Positions 35,901 through 50,100 of a DNA stretch of 64,000 nt are shown here, one piece after another. The notes below the pieces were generated by a model. That model was not told the DNA's origin. It was given only the letters and a program-made list of their open reading frames with translations, and did no database searches. Positions within the stretch are counted from its first letter, which is position 1; each line of letters opens with the position of its first letter. The stretch is from IMG/VR virus record IMGVR_UViG_3300001528_000074. The stretch is one strand, 5' to 3'. The position numbers and the translations under genes were made by a program. Origin of the DNA: an uncultured virus (IMG/VR IMGVR_UViG_3300001528_000074). Taxonomy: Duplodnaviria > Heunggongvirae > Uroviricota > Caudoviricetes.

Positions 35901-38900
35901 AACGGAAGAGGTTTGTCAGGAAAAATATTCTATATGGTAAAGTCACAATCTAATCCTGATGTAGCTGTACCAATGATGCTTTCTGAAGAAAAATTCGATA
36001 CACAGCTTGGTAGAGATGGTTCCGTACACTATGCAGCAGCCAATGATCTAACTCTCGAATTAGAATTGGATGAATACGGTCATGCTAAAGTTAAAGACGG
36101 TTCTACAAGACAGCCTAGTGCTGCAGAAGTATTGTTATACATGCTCTGTAGAAAATTTGATTTCAAGTCTTCTGAAGAAGGTGTTGCTGAAGAGATTACA
36201 GAATTCTTTATTCACAGCGGTTCCGAAACACTGCTTAAGAATCAATCTAAGTTATACAAGAATCCGATAGGTCCGTTTATGTCTAAGCAGTTGTGTTATA
36301 ATCCTGGAAACAACACGCTTACTATAGCATTGCCTACTGGATAGTATCTATCAAATGGAGTAGAAGTGTACAGTGCGCAAGACTATAGTGTAGACTAGAT
36401 AATGTCTGACGAACAGCTTAGGATGATGTGTGTCAATGCAATAGCTACACAGATGCACTGGAATACAGATAAAGACTTTATGAAGTCTAATCTGTCTATG
36501 AATGTTACAGATAGTGCTCTTGGAGGTTATTTGAACGCATTACTACAAGAAAATGCACAAGATTTAACAGGGCTATCTCCTCAACAGATGCTAAATACAA
36601 AATTGTCCATACTTGAATGTGATCAGCTATCGTTTAGAATAGGTGATTTCTTTGAGTATAAGAATGGAAGATTTGTATCAAGGCAGAATAAAGTATCTGT
36701 GATGGCATGGATGCTTGCTAATAAAAAGCTTAAGACGGATGTGTCTGAAAAACTATTCAGAGATCCGTTCGTGTTTGCTGATTATAATTCTACTGATGCT
36801 ACTAGTACTACAACACAAGCTGTAACAAACGAACAAGCTAAACCTAAGTCTACCAAAACCGAGGAGAAGAAGAAACAGAAGGAAGAAACTCCTAAAAAAG
36901 CACCTGTTAACAACGAGCCTCTTATACAAGGTGGTGTGTATAGATTGTATGACAAAGACGCTGCTGATCAGCTTGCAAAGTAGAAAGGCATTACGATTGC
37001 GGAAACTGACGAAGAACGTAAGAAACTAGCAGAATCTCACAAGAATGAAAGCCTTACTGTTTGGGAGAATGACCACGGTAGATTAGAGGGTGTGTTTGTA
37101 ATAACGCCTAAAGATATGACGCAAGATGAAGTAATAGACGACTTCATTAAACGTTATAAAGATTCTACAGGAAAAGAACTGAAGAAAGAAAGTTTTGAAA
37201 TTGTAAATACAATAAAAAAGCCATGGGCTAAAAACACATCTTGGGTAAAAGTGTTTGTTTCCGAAAGAGGTGATGTTAAGTTTATGATTTCTCCAGGTAA
37301 GGGTAATAATAGTTTGCGTTATTATCATCAAAAGTTCTCCACACGAGAGTTTGAGAAGCATCTTGGTGGTGTGTATTCTACAACAAGATCTTCTCAAAAG
37401 ATGAATGAAGATAAAGCTGTTAATTATCTTGTAGAGAAACTCGGCATAGATAAATCAAACGTTATTGTCACTAATGCAATAATGAAATCTGTAGCAGATG
37501 AGGAGATTTTTGGTATGGTAGATCTTTGCCACGACTCTTTGTTGGGAGGTCTTACTGGTTATATAACACTGAGTAGACATGGTGGAATGGGTGTTACGTA
37601 TCATGAAGCATGGCACTATGTAAACCTATTACTTCACGACAAAGACACAAGATTAGCTATTTATACAGATTACTTAAAACACCACAAAGAACTAAAGAGG
37701 AAGGGTGTAAAGGTAAGAGAAGTTGAAGAACATCTTGCTGAAGAATTTAGAAAGTATGTAGAAGAAAGGGATGATACTTCACTAAGAGGTAGAGTAAAAT
37801 TAATGTTCCATAATATTATAGACTTTATAAATGCTCTACTTAATAGAAAGCAATATAGAAAGTTCTTTAAAGATATACAGTCCGGCAAATATGGAAAACA
37901 GAAGTAGAATCGACAATCTGTAATGGAGTTTAAAAAACAATTCCCAAAAGGTGCATACTCATTAAATTACGCTTTACCAGGAATGAGTTTCAAAAATACT
38001 CAAGAGATCAAAGGTTTATATTCCTACAGAGATTATTACGATGCTGTGAGATCAGTGGAAAATAGTATAATATCTACCATGGATATTCACAGTATAGATG
38101 ATTTGATAGCGTATACAGAAGATTCTAAGGAAACTGACAGATTTGGAGAAGTGTTACAAAGGATACAAGAGATTAAAGAGTCTCTTGACGTAGATATGGA
38201 CGCTTAGAAAATAGCTATATTAGATACACTTCTTAATAACAAACCTCTTGTAAAGAAACTGTTCAAAGAATCTTTGTTAGAATTAGGTGTTCAAACTAAG
38301 TTTGTATCTTTAAAGAATGAGAAAGAGTCGCAAACTTCTGGAGAAACTGAAACGGAAGTCGAAAACGAAGACCCTACTGTTAAAGAAGGTCAGCCAGATA
38401 ATGTATGGGATCAGGTGAAGCTTACTGTATCTGGAAAAGAAAATGCTGCTGTAGAAACAAAATTGTTCTTTAGGAGTATACCTAAACTCGCTTCTGAAAT
38501 TGTAGACGGTAAAGTCCAGTTCGTAGAAGACTTTGATGACTATGGTGTACAGAAACTGTGGTCATTTGACGAGACGTGGAGCAATGTATCTCCTGTATTC
38601 GCACCATGTACATCATTTTCTGAATTAGAAGCAGATGGTGTTACATACAAAGAGACTTCTATGATGGGTTAGGCACAACGTATGAAAGATGTATCTCCTT
38701 TCTGGAGGTCTGTTTATACAATGTTGTAGAATATAAACGACGATACTTATTATACAAAACTGAAAAGTCAGCTCTTCACAACAATGTGTAATGCTAAAAA
38801 CCCGATACGTTATATAAAGATATCTGATCTTGTATATAAGGATCAGTTTGATCCTGATATGGACGAAATGGACATTTATGACGATGATGACGATTCTTTC

Positions 38901-41900
38901 AGAGGACCGACTTATGAATCAGATCAATTGTAGAAATCACGTGAACGTAGGTGGGAAAATGTAGGAGATGAAGCGATTAAGGTATTCAGATCTGTTTCAA
39001 GAAGATGGTCACAACAATTAGCATCTCGTGGTTTAGTATCATACAATCCAGATTCAAAGAAGAACATACTTAATGAAGAATATATTACACAGATAATAAT
39101 CCCAAGATGGACAAATATATGTAAAACATTAAAACTTAATACTTCAAAATTAACAGAAGGGATTTGTTCAGACTTACTTTATAAAGGAGTTGACGGTAAC
39201 GAAAGTCTTGTAAATCAGTTCCTAGATTTCTTTACACAGTTGGGTATTCCTGCGGACGTAGGAGTAGTAAATGGTTTCTTCTTAGCTATATCAAGAGAGG
39301 AAGAGGGTTCTGATAGTGCTACTAAACGAGTAAAAGGTCTTATTAAAGCTGTAAACAGTACCGCACAAGGTAGTTTTGGTGATATTGTGAATATGCTAAA
39401 GCTTAGTATCGGCAAAGAGGAACTTCAGAATACTGGTAGATCTACTAAAGTAAGACAGTTTGATGAAGTATTTAATGATTATAAAGTGACTAGTCAGGTA
39501 GCCAAACTCGCTATCATATATCATGAACATCATCCTAGTGCTCAAGATATGTCACAAGAAGGACCTAATGGAGAAAAGTATTATCCTATCACACAAAATA
39601 ACTCATTATCTTCAGCATTGAGACAATTAAACTCTAATGAAGGAAATGTCATCCAAGGTCTCAGATTATCTCCGTATAATGAATATTCAATAATTCTTAA
39701 TGCAGCAGAAGCTGTTAATCCTCAAGATGAGAAGACGAAGCTCAGACTGAATACTTTTGTTGGTATGAAAGATGTCAATAAACAAAAAGGTGGTGACTTC
39801 TTGGAGATGAACGCATTAGATGATTATCTTTCAAAGATGTTCATGACTGAAAATGGAGAAATGACATTCCCAACAATGGCTGATAAAAAGACGTGGTATT
39901 CTTTAACATCTGAATATATAAAGAATGCAATGTGTCATGAGACTTTGCTTTTCGATATTCCGCAAAACTTCATTAATACTGCTGTTACAAATTTATATAA
40001 TCAACACTTAGTAGATATAGGTGAGATAGCAAACACAGATAAGGATACTGTAACAGCCTATAAAAATTCCAAAAGAACTGGTTGGGATGATTATAGAAAC
40101 GGTAGAAAAAAATGGTATGAGGATATTACGAACAGAGCTTCTAAAGAAGACCAAGATGCCATTGAACAACTTGCTGATATTAGAAAAGTAGCGTACGAAT
40201 TATTATCTGCAACAGGTGCTAAACTTGCACAATTCTCTTCTCCTACATTACAAAAATTCTCAAACTACTTTATATCAGAATTAGACGCTGTAATATCATA
40301 TTACAATAGAGAGAATATAAAGAGTGTAGTAGAAGATCCAAATAAAGCTAAAGACAATTATCACGGTAATATAGAACAAGTTGATGTGGACGGTAATAAG
40401 CAATCCAGGATGTTGTTTGGCGGCAATGGAGGTTTATTTAGATACTTCTTTGACGTGATCAACACTGATATGAACGGTACTACTGTCAACTTGAATCAGA
40501 AACTTGAAGCATTATGGAATCTACAACATGCTATTGAGTAGGGTACTGTCACAGATGAAAATTCTAAAAACGATCTGTTTAAAGTTGTAGGACTTAAGAA
40601 CATTAGGGAATACGATAAAGAAGGAAACCCTCTCGAATTAGATGGTTTTGAACTTATTCGTCAAGAACTACAAAACATAAGAAAGAGATATGTCTCTATG
40701 TTTGACACAGTAGGAACTCCTAAACTAAACAGCGCAATCAACGAGTGGTTATTGAACGCAGTAGAATTCGAGATGGAACAGGTGTGCGGTCGTAATCCTA
40801 ATATACAACTTGGATATAAGAATGATGATGGATTATATGTGCCAACATCAGTCCCTGTACAATTCTTATATAAATATAATGATGATTACTACAAAAACTA
40901 TGGTATTGTAGTAGACTCGCCTTACGCTGGAAAAGCTAGTACTTTAACAGATAGTGTATTCCGTAGTGTTATTGCCAATAATGTTCTCAATTAGATGATT
41001 TCTCAGATAGAGATCGAGAAGATATTCACTGGAGATCCTGCATTGTATAAATATAAAGCCAATAAGGCAGATAAACTTACTCCTGTTACGATAGATCATA
41101 CTATTCATACGGACGAAGGTAACAGTGTACAGATATAGCATAAGACTACTGTGATGAATCTTGGTGATATGTTCTCAGACAAAATCAAACGTCTGGGTGG
41201 TACGCTATCTCCAGGTCAAGAAGTAAGAATAGATTTTACAGAATCTGAGAAAGAAGAGTTTGGTTACGAGCTTGGGTGTTCTAAGTATACTGTGTTAAAC
41301 GTCAACGATATTGAAGTTCCTTCAGCATATTATGACGAGACACGAGATAGATTTAAGAGGCAGTTGTTAATAGATCATCTTAAACAATATGTAGCTACAC
41401 ATAAAGGAGAAATCCCTTCATGGTACAAAGCTCCGTTAAACAGTCTTAATGAAAATCTCAAGAAGAAGAATGCTGATGTAAAGAACTACAAAGAGATTAA
41501 AGATGATTTTAATGCTCAAGTAGAATTTTTATACAGCAACAAAAAATACTGGAAGAATGTAGAAAAAGCATATGATGATTATCTAAGTAAACACGAACGT
41601 GAGAGAGATGTATATGAATCTATGCTGGAATCACAGATGGCTCCATACAAACAAATCACGGTATCTGACGCATAGGTGTTTATACGTCCAGCAATGTATA
41701 GACGAATAAAATTCGGATTAGGAGAATGGTCTACAGAAGCCGATGAGAACGGATATAGTGATGAGATTGCATATCAGCTGATGGAGAACGGCATTTATAA
41801 AGGCAAAGAAGTTGCTCCTGGTGCATGGATGACAGATCCGAAATTAAATAAGATAGTCAAGAAGTTCCAAACAAACATTCTTAAGATGTCTTACTTTAAA

Positions 41901-44900
41901 AATTCTACTGATCATACATCTCAAGATTAGGAAACTTCTTCTTACAATAATGCTATATACAACAAGATGGCTCTTATGCCTCTGTTCAAATATCACGCAT
42001 CTACAGGAATAGGTCAAAAGTTGTATCAACGAATGAACATGCCTGGTAACGAGCTTGATATGATTGCATTTAAATCAGCTGTCAAAGTAGGAGGTAAAAA
42101 ATATGCTCCAAATGTTGTAGAGAAGTTTAAGATCAAACAAGATGCGGCTAAAGAAGGTATTACACAAGATAAACTAGATAATGCTGTGTCAAGTATAGAC
42201 AATTCATTAACAAAGTTATCTGACGTAAGTATTGATTATGCTAGCGGACTGGAAAATAGAGCTGAGGATCCTTCAAATACACTTGCAGTGAGTGTACAGG
42301 ACATTAAAGACTTGAGATTACAGCTTAATACACATGCTCACGAGCATTTTGATCGTAGTATGGGTACACAGATGGCTAAACTCGCATTCTCAAACGTAAT
42401 AGATGCTGCAATGTATGGCAACAAGACTGGTCGTGACATAAAGCACGATATTAACACAATGATTGAAGCATTGCGTGAAAAGGGTGTTGTTGCAATAAGA
42501 GATAGATTCTACAAAGAAGTAACAGATCCTAAAACCAAAGAAACTAAACGTGTAATAGATACTTCAAAAGTAGCAGACTTCATTAAAGAAGTTGCAGAAT
42601 CTCAAGGTTTTGGTACAAATGCAGATGATATTCTACGACAGTCTAATTGCTTGGAAAGTCTTACTAACAGAACTGTATTTGAACAAGCTATGAGTAAGCT
42701 TGTCAATAAAAATGTAGTAGACATTGTTACAAACGGAGGAACAGCCGTACAGCAGTCTGTATACACTTTTGCTGGTAGTAATGTACAAACACAGGGCTTT
42801 GAAGGTTATAGAAGCTTTAATAATGGTAAAGAATTAAAATGGATTACTAAAGATAATTCAATGGAAGTATTACTTTCTATGAATTTCTTTAAACCAGTTG
42901 TACCAAAAGAATATTAGGGGTCTTATGAAGAGATGCGTCAATGGCTCATCGATAATGATGTTATAAAAGGCGCAAAGAGTGATGGAAAAGAATCTAATCC
43001 GAAGCCTTTCGGTATTGGCTATCGTATTCCTACACAGGGTATGTCATCAATGTTCTCATTTGTAGTAGCAGACGTTCTTCCTGAAAATGCTGGAGATACT
43101 ATCGTTGTTCCTAGAGAGTTTACAGCACAGACTGGTTCCGACTTCGATATTGATAAACTTTATCTTGCTACATATACGTATGCAAACGGTATACGTGAAG
43201 AAATAAAGTTTAAGAAGAACAAGAATGGTGTGGATGTATTAGATACAAAAGAATCTACTATTGGTGCTATTGGTAATAGACTACTTGATGATTATCATGA
43301 TATTATTACTGCTGACAGAAACTTTGCAAACGCTCGTGCATCTATTGACGTAATCACTGCACAGATACAAGATGAAGTATTACCAGTAATACGTACTTCA
43401 ACAAAGGGATATCGTGTGGGATATTCAATGCTTGCACCATCATTCCAAACTATGCGTAAACAAGAGTTTAGTGTTGGTAAAACTGGTATCGGACCGTTTG
43501 CGTTGAACGTTACTAATATGGCTCTTACGCAGTTTGTACATCTTACATTTGATTATGGTGTTAATGAATATGGCTTCTTAGGGCTCGACTCAATAGAAGG
43601 TAAAGACGGACTACGTATAGCTGACTGGTTGTCTGCCATGGTGAATGCCCACGTGGACGTTGCTAAAGATGCATATGTGTTCGATCTCAATGTCAACAAT
43701 GAGACTTACAATCATACTAACTTCTTGCTAAGAGCAGGTATGGGTAAAGCTACGTTCTTCATGTTAGCAAATCCTGCCGTAAAAGAGTATGTAAACAAGA
43801 TTCTTGGTGGTAAAGGAATATATGCTTCGTTTGAGCAAGAAGAAGATCGTGAGAAGACATTTGGTAAGAAGGAGTATAATATTAGAGATGGTATTATAAA
43901 AAAGATTCTTAATCAGATTAACGAACAGCTCCAAATACTTGAGCAAAACAATGAACTCAAAGATGGTAAACTTGTAGACAATGAGAAAGACTCTTATTAT
44001 GTTAATCAAAAGATTCTTGATAATATAATTCCTTATTATACAAGAATAATAACGCCAACTGCTCAACAATCTGAAGAGATTAGGAAAGCTACAAAAAGAC
44101 TCGAAGAAAAGAATATAATGTTCAGCACAAATACAAAACGTGCGGAAGATGCTATACGTTATGCTAATTCAGCAGATCCTAGAACCAAAATAGACTCGTT
44201 AGTATTCCAATTATATGCCCTTGAAGCTTACTTCGACGTCAAACCATATGCTGATGCTATAAGCGAATTAGTGCAAGCGTCAAAGATCGATACAAAGAAG
44301 TTTGGTAATAATATATGCTCTCATTTTAATTTTGAGAACAATCTAAAAGACTTCCAAAATAATTCTTCTATGTGGACATTAAACCTGTCAAAAAAAGGAA
44401 TGGAAGCTTTTTATAGTCAGTTACCAGAAGAAGCGAAGGTTCGTGATAAAGCAGGAAATATTACAGGATATAAACCAGCAGTAGTATCTCAGTATGCGCT
44501 CAAGAGATATTTTGAGGATACGTTCTTACAGAACAAATTCAATTCTGCTCAAAAATATACAAGAATGCTATTGTGGGGACAATCTTATAAAGCATCTCCT
44601 GTGTTTAAAGATATATTCTTCTCAATGGCTAGGAATATATTTGGACCTAGCGATTCTACAGGACCAGATGGAAAAGTCTATAACGGATATAAGAAGGTGT
44701 ATAATGATGATACTATTCAAGCATACGGAAACGGTATTGAGGCTATAATGAGATTTAATGCTCTTATGAAGTATGGCCCACAAGCATTAGAAAATGAACA
44801 TAAACACGGCAATGATGATGCTATTGATTTTGCAATGAATGGTGATAGAAATGCTGTGATGCAAAAGGTTCAAGATTTAATATTCGGACAATATGAGTTG

Positions 44901-47138
44901 AATGAAAGTACTGGTTCATATAATCTTGTTAAACCTAATATATTTGAACGACTTCAAAATCTATTGGATGAGATTAAAAATGATCCTTCAAATGAACGTT
45001 TTAGCTATCTTGTAGACGAAGACGGAAACATTCTCAATGAAATGTTAACGTTCTTAACACCGTTACAAGCAACTGCTAATTACCCAATAGGTAGAATATT
45101 ATGTGCTGAACCAACAACGTTTACAAAAGGAGAACGTAGAAACAGGCTTACTGCTGCGTTTAGTGAATTGTTGTCTAATGAAGATGATGAGATAAGAGAA
45201 TTGGCAAGAGATGTTGCCTTCTATGCTTATTATTCCACATACGATCAAGAAGGTCGTAATGCATTCTTCGAGTTTGTAGCACCTCGTTACAGAGCACAAT
45301 ATGACGTTGCGCTTCGTAATTCGACTTATGCGTTGTCTAAAACTGATGATGAGAGTAAAAGACAATTCTTATCTTCAATAGGTCAGTTTGAATTATTGGA
45401 CGACATGAGTATTGATCAATGTACTTCAAAAGCAGTAGACAACCTGCTGGATGTACTATGTAGAAATTATTGGTATGACAATAACTTCATAAGACCATAT
45501 AGGATTCCTAATCAGAGTTATTCTAATTTCCAATCACATAACGCTACTGTATACAGCTATCCTGTTCAATAGGAGAATACTATTACAAACAAATCCCAAA
45601 TATTCCCTACATTCATAGCATCTGCTGCACAAGGAAATCCTCTGTATATTAAAATATCAAAAGGCGGAGAAACAATGCTTTACAGAAGAACTGGTAAAAT
45701 TTCTCAAGTTGCAGAAAAACAGGACGGTGGTAAAAAATACGGAGAAATATTTGGTGTATATACAGCTATAAATAAAGCTGGTATGCATGCAGGTAAAGTT
45801 AATATATTTGAGCTGTGTTGTGGATACGAACAAACCTCAATGTTCGGAGAGAACCGATTAAATAGAGCATTTGCTGAAGATACTGTCAGAGAGGAAGTTG
45901 GGAAACTTGTACAGAAGGAGCATGAGAAATTCATATCAGAAGACTCTAAACTCGAATGGGATGTTGAGTTGGAATGGGATACAGAGCAACCTTCTAAAGC
46001 CCATGTTTCTACTAATGACGATACATATGTAGATTCCAGTGGTTCTGCATCTATAGGTGAACGTGGATTTAGTGTAGAAGCTAAAAATGATGCTAAATAT
46101 AATGCAAATAACACTGTTAATAAAAATGCTGATATTATAATAGATATCAACATGGGGGAAAAAGAATTTGGTAATAATATTTGGCACCACGAAGAGGGTG
46201 AAAGCGAAGAAGAGTCTGCTAAGCATAAGTATGACGAAAAAACAGTATCATTGAATCTCTTGAAAGATTCCCCAGAAAAAATAGCTTCTGTATTTGGTGA
46301 ATTAGCAGAAAAAGTACCTGACGATAGTTTATTGGTAGCTGTTTCTACGAGATATACACAGAGTGCATTACGAAGTGCTGTTGCGACTAGTAGTTACTTT
46401 ACAGAATACAAGAAAAAACATCTTAGCGAATATAAAAAGATGCTTAAGACAGAAGATAAAACATCTGCAGATGCTTTGTATAATTTACATATACAAGAAC
46501 TCGACAATAGAGAAGATGCTTATTACGAGTTACTTGACAAAGCGACAAATGACTTTCTTGTAGAAAAACTAACTCCCACCATAGACCAGTTAATCGACTC
46601 TTATAACATAACAAGACTTATTTCTAGTGTAGGATACTATTCTAATTACATGGGTGATGTCATGATAGATATTTATGCTAACGTTTTATCCAAAAGAGGG
46701 GTTAGTTTAGGATTGTCAATAGATTCTTCGATGTATTACAAATATTCTGGTACAGCTGTGTCTGCATAGAAGAAATTATCTAAACTGAAGAGAGCGTTGT
46801 ATTCTAAGCTAAGTCAGTATGAGTTTGTGAAAAACGAAGAATCACAATCAAACGAATCTGTAGAAAGCATTGTTGAAACGAATACGACTGAAGAGATTGA
46901 TGACATAGAAACTACTGCAACTGACGAAACACAACAAACAGAACAAGCTGCAGAGCAAATAGCTGCAGAGGTTTTAAAGTCTGTAGAAGAATCAGGTACA
47001 AATACCACACCTCCCGATAATACTATCGCCAAAGAAACCGAAGATGGTGAACACAAGAACGAAGAGTGTGGTAGTGCTCCGGCAAAAAGAAATAGATTTA
47101 TGTCAAAAGAAAATTTTGATGACGATATGCTCGATTAA
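29955..47138 (+). CDS. Giant virion RNA polymerase polyprotein (~5,727 aa, 23 TAG) with zincin-like domain
   Basis: 18 track ORFs share one frame; gaps read by hand contain only TAG. Catalytic GSDFDIDK (DxDxD at 43140-43154), GYRIPTQG, SDA[TAG]VFIRP, HEAWH (~37601). Confidence 0.88.
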
Positions 47139-47161
47139 ATCTCTATTAACAATTAAAACAC

Positions 47162-50100
47162 ATGTTTTGTCCTAATATAAGTAATCCAAAAGTAAGATCC
47201 GAATTTAATGAACTAGTGACTGCTTTTGGCGGAACTCCTATGACAGAAGAAGAGTTTCGAGATTCAGAATTAAGAAATAAAAGACAGGGTTCCGAATATG
47301 CGGCAATGGAAGCTGCTTACAGAGTTTGGGACCGAAACAATGGAAATGCAATAGATAGTGCTCCTAACGGAGCACCTTCTTTGCTTTTTCAAGATATACT
47401 GTCACGATCAAAAGACAGAAACGATGCCATATATAGAAAAACAGCGTTATACACAAAAAGTTTTTCTGATAAGTATGGAGAGTGGTATAATACAGAAAAT
47501 AAAGAAAATAAAATAACATTAGATGTAAACGGAGAGCCTTCTATAGAAGATGCAAATGTTCAAAAGACTGTGGGCATAACCCTTAAAGAAAACAAAGAAC
47601 AACGTGTTGCGGAAGCTCTTAGTAGATTCTCTTTTGATAGAACCTTAGGTAATGATATTACCGAAATGTTTAGGAACGGTGACAATGTTTCTAGTCAAAA
47701 GGTGATAACAAGACTTGTGAGTCAAAATACATTGTCTTTAGGAGACCTTCGTATTGCAAATATACTTGCTAAACATGATATTCCTATTGTAATAGAGACC
47801 AATAAAACATCTGATAGAATTGCTTATACGGTTACTGATTCTAAAGGTAATTCTATTGTAGTGTTAAATGCTAATTTAATGTCTAAAGTAACATCACAGT
47901 ATGCTGCTATTACAATATTACACGAAGTATCTCATGCCGTTACTGTAAACGCTATAGACAATCCTTCTACTAAAGAAGAAAGGCGTTTTACTGAAATGAA
48001 CAGTAAGATGTTTCATACGTTCAGAAACATAGCTGAGCGGTTACATTGGCCTTTAGATAATGTTGATAATGGAATGTACGCCTTTACGAACGAAAAAGAA
48101 TTTGCTGCGTGCTTCATATCTGACAATAATGTGAGATCTCTTTGTTTAGAGATAGCTAGAAAGTCTGACACAAAAGTGTCTACTAGAATAAAAAACTTCA
48201 TAAACAGCATTGTCAACTTGTTTGTAAACAAGAATATATTTGATACTAATACTTCTTTATATAATCAATATACAAAAGAGATGACAGAATATCTTGAAAA
48301 TAAAGAAGTAGTCTCGAATAACTCAGAAGAAATATCCACGGCGTTGGACGAATATAAGAATAGAGACAAACGGGCATTAATGGAACAATCTTTCATACAA
48401 TTTTTTGAGAATAATACTAAGTTGATGAAGATTTATCAACAAAATGCTCTTGTTGCGAATCAATATACCAAAAGTGCGAAACAAAACACTATAAATCACA
48501 TATCCGACGTATTACAAACGAGAATAAAAGCATTACGTGCAATGTCTAAAGATAGTACAAATAAGCGAAATGAAAATATCAATTCTCTTACAGGTATAAT
48601 AGACGCATTAGATAACGTAAATGTAGACACATTCACAGCACTGACTCTATTACGCAACACTTTAGCACCACAACTCAGTAGCGATATAGACAATATAAAG
48701 AAGTTGTATAATAACGGTTATAAGTTTTCTGGCGAAGAATATATGCATCATCTCCATGAGAATGTAAACGTACATGCCGACATTGCTAAATCTATTGAAC
48801 AAATGTTAGGTGATGAATTTACTGTAAATTTGATTGTGGACGAACATAATAAACTGCATAAAGATTCCCCAATTACAAAAGAGGATGTTGAAACATTTAG
48901 ACAAATAGCTTCCGCATATGGAGCACGAGCAAATGAAGGTACTAACGTTTTAAATAAGATTCGTGATGAAGTTGTGGCAGATACCCTTGAGCAAGTAAAG
49001 AGAGAAACAAGTGCATTAGATTTAGATGATACTATACGAGCATTCAGAGAGTCTGGAAATACACTTGGAGAGGATTTGGGATGGTTTGAGGGAATTGGTC
49101 TTGGTGCAGCAGATGCCTCCGCATCACCTCTAATAAGAGCTTCGTACCACTTACTAAACGATGCATTTAATGCCGCAGAAGAAGAGACTAACGACGTCAT
49201 GGATGATTATTTACGTTCTGTAAAGGGTTTAAAGTTATCTAAGTTGTACGAACGAGCTAAAGACGGTTCTTTAACAGGATATCTTAAACGAAGAATAAAC
49301 TTTGGATAGTTTTATAACGACTATGATAAGTTTATGGAAGACTTGAATGAGGAAATAAATGCAAAATTCAATTTAAATCTTACTCGTGATAATAGATTAG
49401 ATCCTACAGATGAAGAAGCTTGTAGATATTGGAATGCCCGTAAAAATGAATTTCTTGAAAAAACCGCTGAACGTAAATATGTCCCCGAGTACTACAAGAT
49501 ACAATCAATGATTCCGCAATCTACAAGAGAACTTATTCAATCTTACAATGCTGATATTGATAGAATACTATCAAATCCAAAATATACAAAAGATGGACGA
49601 GTATAGTATGATCTTATATCCGATGAAGATTGGACTACATTGAATAGAGCATGGTAGGGTAAGAAAAGATTGCGCTCTTTCTATGACGAAAATGGCAACA
49701 GAAAAGAGGAAGGTACTCTTGCATATAATACAGCATTAGCTTTGTAGAAACAAAAAGAAGCATTTGACAAATTCTACGAAACACATGGTGGTAGAACACT
49801 TAGAAAAAAGAATTATGATGCTTGGAATGAAGCACGTAATAAAAAAATAGAAGAGTGTGGTGGGCAAGAAGAGTATGAAAAATGGAAGAATGGAAAAGAT
49901 AATAAGTTTAACTTTCACGACTTCCAAAAATGGGAAGATAGAAACACTGTTTACAGACTACGTAGAGTAGACGAATCGGATCCGAATAGCAAACCGATAG
50001 TTTTCCAAAAGATAGAAAATGAGACTCGTGGTATAAAACCGAATTACGGAAAAGAATATGACGATATACAACAACAGATAAATGATTTGCTAAGACCATA

